Shown: piece by piece, positions 57,034-64,000 of the stretch
Layout of the letters: the number at the start of each line of letters is the position of its first letter
Position numbering within the stretch: position 1 is the stretch's first letter
From: Alphaproteobacteria bacterium
GTDB lineage: Bacteria; Pseudomonadota; Alphaproteobacteria; CAAHEQ01; UBA3637
Length of the DNA: 64,000 bases
Reading direction: 5' to 3'
NCBI GenBank assembly: GCA_045605805.1
Contig: JAZUQR010000027.1
Span: forward strand, 64,001-128,000
The notes under the pieces: model-generated
Database searches by the model: none
Told to the model about the DNA's origin: nothing
Seen by the model: only the letters and a program-made list of their open reading frames with translations
Program-made: the position numbers and the translations under genes

Positions 57034-58857
57034 TTATTTTAACAAAAGGGCCATCAATTTTTCCGTCCACAAAGCCGGATCTTTAATCGGTTCCCCCTCA
57101 ATCACAAGGGTTTGATTAAACAACACAAGGATATAATCTGTTGGATCCTCCATCTGGGCCATCTTGGCAATCACAGGATGATGTGGATTCAATTGTAAAA
57201 TCCGATCCGAAGCAAACACAGTCTGTTGGCCATGCGCCCGCATCAAGCGTTCCATATTCAAAGTCATCTGTCCCGCCCCCGTCACCAAAGCCATCGGGCT
57301 TTTTGTTAAGCGGTCGGTCACTTGAATATCCTTCACTTGATCCCCTAAAACAGCCTTCATTTTTTCAATTAAAGCATCCATCTGGGGTTGTGGCACAGCC
57401 TCTGTGGATAAATCCACCTTTTGAATCTTGTCCAATTCATCCCCTGCCTGTTGAACCGACACAAACTTCTTTCCCTGATACTCAGGATAGGTATTTGTCC
57501 AAAACTCGTCAATCGGATCTGTCAATAATAACACCTCAATACCCCGAGCCATAAAGCCTTCTAATTGAGGATTTTGACGCAAAGTCGCCAAATCAGAACC
57601 AGTTAAATAATAAATAGAGTCTTGTCCGTTTTTCATCCGACCCACATAATCGGCAAGCGAAACAACCCCCTCTCCTTGGGTGGAATAAAACCGACACAGT
57701 TCGGCCACTTCATCTCGTTGAGCAGAAGGTTCATATAACCCCTCTTTCAACACAATACCAAAAGCATCCCAAAACACTTGATATTCTTGTGGATTTTCTG
57801 CCCGTTTTTTCAAAGCATTCAAAATCTTTGTAGAAAGGCCTTGCTTGATTTTGGCCATCACAGGGGTTTGTTGCAACATCTCCCGACTAACATTCAAGGG
57901 CAAATCTTTGGTATCAATCACCCCCGTCACAAAGCGCAACCAATAGGGCAACAATTCCGGCACATCTGATGAAATAAACACTTTATTCACATACAAACTT
58001 AAACCCGATGGCCGATCTGGTTGAAACAAATTGACCGGAGGTTTTGTCGGTACAAAAACCAAAGCGGTATAATCAATCACACCCTCGGCATGGAAATGAA
58101 GCGTTTCCCAAGGCGTATCCAGCGCATGAGCCACGGTCTGATAAAAATCCTTATACTGCGTTTCTGTAATTTCAGATTTAGAACGCATCCACAAAGCCGA
58201 ACCGGCATTCACCACATCTTCTTTGCCTTCGTTGCACAACGCAATGGGTACATTCACAAAATCGCTGTATTGTTTAATCAATTGACGCACCCGAAATGGG
58301 TCAAGGTATTCTTCTGCATCTTCCCTTAAAAATAAAGTCACTCGTGTGCCTTGGGATACATCCGCTGCCTCACTTACCTCAAACGAACCGGCCCCATCAC
58401 TTTCCCAAAGCCATCCTTGCGTTTCACCGGCTTTTCTGGAATAAACCTGAACCTTACTGGCCACCATAAAGCTGGCATAAAAGCCAACACCAAATTGGCC
58501 AATCAAAGCCATATCTTTTTGTTTATCCCCCGAAAGAGCTTGAACAAACTCGCTGGAACCGGAACGGGCAATTGTTCCCAGATGATTGATTAAATCTTCC
58601 CGATTCATCCCAATGCCATTATCTGCCACTGTCAAAGTTTTCAATGTTTTGTTCAACTCCACCCGAATCTTAAACGGTTCAGGCTTTGCCAAGTCTGGAT
58701 GCAACATCTGCTCATAGCGCAACTTGTCACACGCATCAGAGGCGTTGGAAATCAATTCCCGCAAAAAAATCTCTTTGTTGGAATATAGACTGTGAATAAC
58801 AATATCCAACACCTTTGCCACTTCGGCCTTAAATTCAATTTTCTGTGTATCTGTCAT
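57034..58857 (-). CDS. htpG: Chaperone HtpG (Hsp90)
   Basis: HSLYSNKEIFLRELISNASDA, DNGIGM, IGQFGVGFY, LPLNVSRE; SD AAGGAG before ATG 58857. Confidence 0.97.
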   Translation of the reverse strand: MTDTQKIEFKAEVAKVLDIVIHSLYSNKEIFLRELISNASDACDKLRYEQMLHPDLAKPEPFKIRVELNKTLKTLTVADNGIGMNREDLINHLGTIARSGSSEFVQALSGDKQKDMALIGQFGVGFYASFMVASKVQVYSRKAGETQGWLWESDGAGSFEVSEAADVSQGTRVTLFLREDAEEYLDPFRVRQLIKQYSDFVNVPIALCNEGKEDVVNAGSALWMRSKSEITETQYKDFYQTVAHALDTPWETLHFHAEGVIDYTALVFVPTKPPVNLFQPDRPSGLSLYVNKVFISSDVPELLPYWLRFVTGVIDTKDLPLNVSREMLQQTPVMAKIKQGLSTKILNALKKRAENPQEYQVFWDAFGIVLKEGLYEPSAQRDEVAELCRFYSTQGEGVVSLADYVGRMKNGQDSIYYLTGSDLATLRQNPQLEGFMARGIEVLLLTDPIDEFWTNTYPEYQGKKFVSVQQAGDELDKIQKVDLSTEAVPQPQMDALIEKMKAVLGDQVKDIQVTDRLTKSPMALVTGAGQMTLNMERLMRAHGQQTVFASDRILQLNPHHPVIAKMAQMEDPTDYILVLFNQTLVIEGEPIKDPALWTEKLMALLLK

Positions 58858-59023
58858 GTTGTTCTCCTTCTTTTGCATAAGAATATAGTCACTCTTTTGA
58901 TAAAACGCAAGACACCCCCATTTTTTTAAGGACTCCTCTCTTGTAATTATTTGACAAAACAGCCATGCGCACAATTTGCGAATAATAAAAAGCCAAAAAC
59001 ATTTTGAAAAAACAACTTTTTCC

Positions 59024-59052
59024 TTGCAAAAAACACAAAAAAAAGCTATAAT
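59024..59052 (+). promoter_or_regulatory. sigma70 promoter for the orphan-mipZ-pgm transcript
   Basis: TTGCAA-N17-TATAAT. Confidence 0.6.
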
Positions 59053-59082
59053 ATATCCCACTGTTTTGCGAAAGGAATTAAA

Positions 59083-59595
59083 ATGGCTCAAAATTCAACA
59101 AAAACATCCGATAAAATATTACAAGAAATTTTTCAACCTGCCTCTTATGTCAATGGTTGTTTTGTACAACAACCTGCTTTTGAAAAAGCAACACAAACAC
59201 CTGATTCAACCATTAATACAATCAAATTTATGAAACAACACATTTCGGGCAAAGAGTTTGAAATTCACCGCAACAACTATCTTCGTGGTTCTTTATACGC
59301 AATTCAAAAACATCAATTTGATGCAAAACACACTGATTTTTTGGCTGACACAGTAAATTGGTTTATCCAAAAAAAACCAAGTCCTCACTCACAAACATAC
59401 CATACATTGTTAAAACTTTTAATAGAACAAATCAACCAAAAAGTTAAGATACCCCAAGAAAAACAACAACAATGGACAAACGCTTTAACACGCAAATCCC
59501 CGATTTGCATTCCAAATGATATTGGTTTAATTCCCGAAAATGCCGTTGAACCATCATTTACATTTGTAAAACATTTTTCAAAAAGATCAAGATAA
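59083..59595 (+). CDS. Hypothetical protein
   Basis: 170-aa ORF with SD AAGGA; no recognisable motif; basic C-terminus. Confidence 0.6.
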   Translation: MAQNSTKTSDKILQEIFQPASYVNGCFVQQPAFEKATQTPDSTINTIKFMKQHISGKEFEIHRNNYLRGSLYAIQKHQFDAKHTDFLADTVNWFIQKKPSPHSQTYHTLLKLLIEQINQKVKIPQEKQQQWTNALTRKSPICIPNDIGLIPENAVEPSFTFVKHFSKRSR

Positions 59596-59605
59596 AGGAT
59601 ATCCT

Positions 59606-60409
59606 ATGACAGCAAAAATCATCGTTTTTGCCAACGAAAAAGGCGGAACAGGAAAATCTACTCTGGCCATGCACACCATTGTGGCGTTGTTGCGTGCCGG
59701 TAAAAAAGTGGCTTCTTTTGATTTAGACCCAAACCAACAAAGTTTAACCAGATACATTGAAAACCGAAAAACTTTTGTTATGGAAAAAGGTGTCTCATTG
59801 GCCTTACCGGAACACATTTGTTGGACACCGGATGTGGCCCAGATTTACACATTAAGAAGCAAATTGGATAAGTTATCCAATGAAGTGGATGCCATAGTCA
59901 TTGACACCCCAGGGGCACACACAGAACTTGGCACACAAGCCATGGCTTTGGCAGATGTTTTAATCACCCCCATGAACGACAGTTTGGTTGATTTAGATAT
60001 TTTGGCGTTGGTAGATGGAGAAACATTAAAAATCACCGGCCCAAGCCATTTTGCCCAAACAGTATGGGAAACACGTCAACAACGCATGTTGGAACATAAA
60101 CCATCCCTAAAATGGTTGGTTGTACGCAACCGAATGTTGTTTAACAAATCCAAAAACTCACAAACCATGTCCATTTTGTTAAATGCTTTGGCAAGACGCA
60201 TCCATTTTGAATTGGTGGGGGTTATTTCGGAACGGGTTGTCTTTCGTGAATTATTCCTAAAAGGGCTAACCATGTTGGACTTTAAGGAAAACAACATTCG
60301 CATACCAACAACCGTTTCTTCAAAATCGGCCCGTCAAGAACTTTGCACACTTGTGGATAAAATTTGGGGTGACCCCTTGTTTTGTGACTCTGTTTCTGCT
60401 ATAGAATAA
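59606..60409 (+). CDS. mipZ: Division plane positioning ATPase MipZ
   Basis: NEKGGTGKST, DLDPNQQSLTRYIENR, IDTPG, TPMNDS.VD, WLVVRNR, ERVVFRELFLKGLT. Confidence 0.9.
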   Translation: MTAKIIVFANEKGGTGKSTLAMHTIVALLRAGKKVASFDLDPNQQSLTRYIENRKTFVMEKGVSLALPEHICWTPDVAQIYTLRSKLDKLSNEVDAIVIDTPGAHTELGTQAMALADVLITPMNDSLVDLDILALVDGETLKITGPSHFAQTVWETRQQRMLEHKPSLKWLVVRNRMLFNKSKNSQTMSILLNALARRIHFELVGVISERVVFRELFLKGLTMLDFKENNIRIPTTVSSKSARQELCTLVDKIWGDPLFCDSVSAIE

Positions 60410-60437
60410 GGAGTGAAACACAAACAAAAGGAACCAC

Positions 60438-62060
60438 ATGGATATTACTGCCGTCAAAACACAAGCCTATCAAGATCAAACTTTTGGCACTGCTGGACTC
60501 AGACGACGGGTAAGTGTTTTTATGCAAAAAAACTATATTCACAATGTGGTTCAATCCATTTTTGACAGTTTAGAAGGTTTTGAAGGCAAAACCCTTGTTT
60601 TGGGTGGGGATGGTAGATATTTCAATGACAAAGCCATCCAAATTGTTATAAAAATCGCCACAGCAAACGGCTTTGGTCGCATTCTTGTTGGCAAGAACGG
60701 ATGGTTTTCCACACCGGCTCTGTCTCATTTAATTACACTTAAAGAAGCCTTTATGGGCATCATTTTAACCGCCAGTCATAACCCAGGGGGAAAAGAGGGT
60801 GACTTTGGCATCAAGTTTAATTTGAAAAATGGCGCACCAGCCCCCATTCACATCACAAAAAAAGTGACAGAACGAACCAAAACAATCAACCGCTATTGGT
60901 GGATAAACACACCGGATATTGAATTAAATAACACCGGCACACATCAAATCGGCAACACAGTAGTTGAAGTGATTGACCCCCTTGAAGATTACACAAACTA
61001 TATGAAAACCATTTTTGACTTTCAGGCAATCCGTCATCTGTTCAAAAGCGGTTTTTCGTTTGAATTTAACGCCATGAACGGCATCACAGGGCCATATGCA
61101 AAACACATTTTTGAAACAGAATTAGGGGCAAAAGAAGGAACTGTTGTAAATGGGACACCTTTGCCCGATTTTGGGGGATTACATCCCGAACCGAATCTGA
61201 CTCACGCAAAAGAATTGGTAAATAAAATGAACCAAGACGATGCTCCCGATTTTGGGGCAGCCTCTGATGGGGACGGTGACCGCAATATGATATTCGGTAA
61301 AAAGTTTTTTGTGGATCCGGCCGACAGCTTAGCCTTTTTGGCCGAACATTTGAATAAAATACCTTTTTATCAAAACAACTTTTATGGTGTGGCCCGTTCT
61401 GCCCCCACCTCCAAAGCAGTGGACTTGGTCGCAAAACGCAAAAACCTGCCCCTATATATCACACCAACCGGATGGAAGTTTTTTGCCAACTTGCTGGAAA
61501 ACAAACGCATCAGCCTGTGTGGCGAAGAAAGTTTTGGTACCGGTTCATCTCATGTGATGGAAAAAGATGGCTTGTGGGCCATTTTGGCATGGCTAAACAT
61601 TATGGCAATCACAAAAAAAAGCCCCGAACAACTGATGACCGAGTTATGGCAAAAAGATGGACGTGTCTATTGTATGCGACACAGCTATGAAAACATCAAC
61701 AAAGAAGAGGCAGTCCATCTGATGGATTCATTGGCTGCCCGCATTCCTGTTTTGAAAGGACAAACTTTTGGTTGCTTTACCATAGAATCAGCCCAAATTT
61801 TTAACTATACCGACCCTGTCACCCAAGAACGAGAAAGCAATCAAGGCATCATCATCCACCTGTCACAACAGGCCTCTATCATGGTGCGTTTATCTGGCAC
61901 AGGAACAGTGGGGGCAACGCTTCGGATTTATTTTGAACGGCACGAAACAAAAATAACAGAAAAACCCGAAGAAGTTTTGGCACCTGTTATTTTAGCTGCC
62001 ACAACTATTTTACAGATTCAAAAATATATCAAAATGGATACCCCTACAACCATTACATAA
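60438..62060 (+). CDS. pgm: Phosphoglucomutase
   Basis: GTAGLR, TASHNPGG, DGDGDRN, CGEESFG, EKDGLWA, RLSGTG. Confidence 0.95.
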   Translation: MDITAVKTQAYQDQTFGTAGLRRRVSVFMQKNYIHNVVQSIFDSLEGFEGKTLVLGGDGRYFNDKAIQIVIKIATANGFGRILVGKNGWFSTPALSHLITLKEAFMGIILTASHNPGGKEGDFGIKFNLKNGAPAPIHITKKVTERTKTINRYWWINTPDIELNNTGTHQIGNTVVEVIDPLEDYTNYMKTIFDFQAIRHLFKSGFSFEFNAMNGITGPYAKHIFETELGAKEGTVVNGTPLPDFGGLHPEPNLTHAKELVNKMNQDDAPDFGAASDGDGDRNMIFGKKFFVDPADSLAFLAEHLNKIPFYQNNFYGVARSAPTSKAVDLVAKRKNLPLYITPTGWKFFANLLENKRISLCGEESFGTGSSHVMEKDGLWAILAWLNIMAITKKSPEQLMTELWQKDGRVYCMRHSYENINKEEAVHLMDSLAARIPVLKGQTFGCFTIESAQIFNYTDPVTQERESNQGIIIHLSQQASIMVRLSGTGTVGATLRIYFERHETKITEKPEEVLAPVILAATTILQIQKYIKMDTPTTIT

Positions 62061-62124
62061 AAGTTTTGTTTGCAATTTACAATTTTTATCGTTAAAATAA
62101 CTCTATCATAAGGAGTGATAAAAA

Positions 62125-62913
62125 GTGACCGAAAAATTTTTGTCTTTTATCAATGCATTGGGCCGCATGGTAATCCATTTTTTCAAAGCCAGTGGTGATT
62201 TAGTTTTGTTCACAACAAACATCGTTCTGAACACATTCAAACAACCGTTTTACCTTTCCGAAACAATCCGAATGTGCCGTGAAATTGGATTTTATTCTTT
62301 GCCCGTTGTGGCTTTGACAACAATTTTTTCAGGCATGGTCATTGCCATCCAAACCTATGAGGCTGTGTCAAAGTTTTCGGCCGAAGGGGCGGTATCTATG
62401 GTTGTTTTGGTGGCCGTGACACGAGAATTAGCACCGGTTTTGGCTGCCTTAATGGTTGCCGGCCGTATTGGAGCCGCCATTGCTGCCGAAATTGGCACCA
62501 TGCGTGTCACAGAACAAATAGATGCTCTTTCCACTTTACGCACAAATCCAGTTCAATATTTGATTGTCCCACGGGTTGTAGCGGCCACATTGATGATGCC
62601 TTTGTTGGTTTTAATCGGGGATATTATCGGGGTGTGTGGTGGCTATCTGGTTGGGGTATCCAAAATGGGCTTTAACGCCACCACTTATTTGGTGAACACA
62701 TGGAACACCCTTCAAGCAATGGACATCATTTCCGGCATGACGAAAGCCGCTGTATTTGGCTTTATCATAAGTATTTTAGGCTGTTATCACGGTTTCAAAT
62801 CACAAGGGGGCGCACAAGGCGTTGGACAAGCCACCACAAATGCCGTTGTCTCATCCAGCATTTTAATTTTAATTTTCAACTATCTTTTAACCGAGCTGTT
62901 TTTCAAACTGTAA
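62125..62913 (+). CDS. mlaE: MlaE lipid ABC transporter permease
   Basis: RELAPVL, AGRIG, AEIGTMRVTEQIDAL, GAQGVG.ATT.AVV. Confidence 0.93.
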   Translation: MTEKFLSFINALGRMVIHFFKASGDLVLFTTNIVLNTFKQPFYLSETIRMCREIGFYSLPVVALTTIFSGMVIAIQTYEAVSKFSAEGAVSMVVLVAVTRELAPVLAALMVAGRIGAAIAAEIGTMRVTEQIDALSTLRTNPVQYLIVPRVVAATLMMPLLVLIGDIIGVCGGYLVGVSKMGFNATTYLVNTWNTLQAMDIISGMTKAAVFGFIISILGCYHGFKSQGGAQGVGQATTNAVVSSSILILIFNYLLTELFFKL

Positions 62914-62922
62914 GGGGGAGTA

Positions 62923-63660
62923 ATGAAAAATAAAAAAGTACAAATCAGCTTATCCCATGTTGCCAAAAGTTTTGGCAAAAAACAGGTTTTGAAAAATGTC
63001 ACTTTGGATATTTATGAAGGCGAATCCGTTGTCATTATTGGTGGCTCTGGCACAGGCAAATCCGTCACCTTAAAATGTTTATTGGGTCTGATAACACCCG
63101 ACAAAGGCAAATGCAAAATGGCCTCACAAAAGGTGGGTATGCTGTTTCAAGGGGCCGCTTTATTTGACAGTTTAAGCGTTTGGGAAAATGTTGCATTCGT
63201 TATGTTGCAACAAAAAAATGCTGATAAAAAAGCCGCCAAAAAATTGGCCATCCAAAAGCTGGCACAGGTTGGGCTTACCCCCGAAGTGGCCGACTTTTAT
63301 CCCGCCGACGTGTCTGGTGGTATGAAAAAACGAGTGGGCTTAGCCCGAGCCATCGCAACAAATCCCGATATTATTTTCTTTGACGAACCCACCACAGGGC
63401 TGGATCCGATTATGTCCGATGTTATCAACGATTTAATTGTGGATTGCGTTAAAAAATTAGGGGCAACAGCCCTAACCATCACACACGATATGAACTCTGC
63501 CCGCAAAATTGCCGACAGAATCGCCATGCTTTATAACGGAAAAATTATTTGGGTTGGCACCGTTCAAGAGCTGGACAAAACAACCAATCCGTATGTGCGT
63601 CAATTTGTGGCCGGCTCGGCCAAAGGGCCCATTAAAATGGAAATTAAAGAGGGCTTATAA
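62923..63660 (+). CDS. mlaF: MlaF ABC transporter ATPase
   Basis: GGSGTGKS, LFQGAALFDS, SGGMKKRV, DEPTTGLDP, ITHD. Confidence 0.93.
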   Translation: MKNKKVQISLSHVAKSFGKKQVLKNVTLDIYEGESVVIIGGSGTGKSVTLKCLLGLITPDKGKCKMASQKVGMLFQGAALFDSLSVWENVAFVMLQQKNADKKAAKKLAIQKLAQVGLTPEVADFYPADVSGGMKKRVGLARAIATNPDIIFFDEPTTGLDPIMSDVINDLIVDCVKKLGATALTITHDMNSARKIADRIAMLYNGKIIWVGTVQELDKTTNPYVRQFVAGSAKGPIKMEIKEGL

Positions 63661-64000
63661 TGGCAAAAAAAACATCCCGTTTTGTCTGTCAAAATTGTGG
63701 CACAATCCACACCCGTTGGGCGGGAAAATGTGATGCATGCGGCGAATGGAATACCATTCAGGAAGAAGCCCTTCCCCAATCCGACAGCCCAACCGCCACA
63801 GGCGGACAAAATGGCCGACAAATTCAGTTTTCTGATTTACGAGGTGCCCCCGAAATTGTATTCAGATTAAAAACAGGCATTGCCGAGTTGGATCGTGTCT
63901 GTGGAGGCGGCCTTGTCCCCGGCTCGGTGATTCTTGTGGGCGGTGACCCCGGCATCGGTAAATCCACCCTATTATTACAAGCAGTGGCCTCTCTTACAAA
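63660..64000 (+). CDS. radA: DNA repair protein RadA/Sms (5' part; runs off the window)
   Basis: ATG at 63660: MAKKTSRFVCQNCG...WAGKCDACGEWNT...ELDRVCGGG..GGDPGIGKSTLLLQ; absent from the ORF track because it is incomplete. Confidence 0.93.
   Translation, partial: MAKKTSRFVCQNCGTIHTRWAGKCDACGEWNTIQEEALPQSDSPTATGGQNGRQIQFSDLRGAPEIVFRLKTGIAELDRVCGGGLVPGSVILVGGDPGIGKSTLLLQAVASLT

Noticed and set aside
58858-59091. N-terminal extension of HtpG in the ORF track, or a CIRCE element
   Set aside because: The extension is AT-rich promoter DNA and the SD precedes ATG 58857; no CIRCE inverted repeat is present, only a weak RpoH-like CTTG-N18-ACTATAT.
33-63870. Numerous short antisense or overlapping ORFs in the six-frame track
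   Set aside because: They are shadows of well-supported genes on the other strand or frame, with no SD or protein-like motifs.
1-64000. CRISPR array or cas genes
   Set aside because: No regularly spaced identical repeats with unique spacers; the repeats at 8.0-9.8 kb occur only twice, and no cas-like ORF was seen.

Overview
Chromosomal segment of an AT-rich alphaproteobacterium (inferred from mipZ, DUF1150-like/hsp20, carD, the tandem SH3 protein and the conserved hemW-lpoA-rsmI-yraN and xerD/aroK neighbourhoods). Several operons look eroded, which suggests a reduced, probably host-associated lineage. Most of the window is housekeeping: rlmE, rsmB-family, cvrA/nhaP2, infC, rnhA, ptsN, hpf, hemW, rsmI, aroK, xerD, surA, folD, lepA, recR, zapA, ymdB, yebC, ruvC, dnaA, thyX-like, htpG, mipZ, pgm, mlaEF, partial radA, tRNA-Ile2/Met(CAT) and tRNA-Ser(GGA). 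Three things stand out. (1) A ~20 kb minus-strand cluster (10604-31065) encodes an unusual type IVA secretion core in Rickettsiales-like order (virB8-virB7-virB8-virB9-virB10-virB11). It has a 2153-aa repeat-filled VirB10, a VirB9-SPOR fusion, an upstream array of secreted proteins that appear to share a C-terminal helical domain, and a catalytically degenerate dUTPase homologue where virD4 would be expected. No mobility genes are adjacent. (2) One 1077-aa ORF fuses the inner-membrane LPS permease LptF to the outer-membrane translocon LptD through an internal signal-peptide-like segment, and lptG is missing locally. (3) A small accessory islet at the tRNA-Ile2 3' end has a duplicated tRNA end, repeated ~112-bp elements and a direct-repeat-flanked M14 peptidase cassette. 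All assignments come from motif recognition by eye; no database searches were run.
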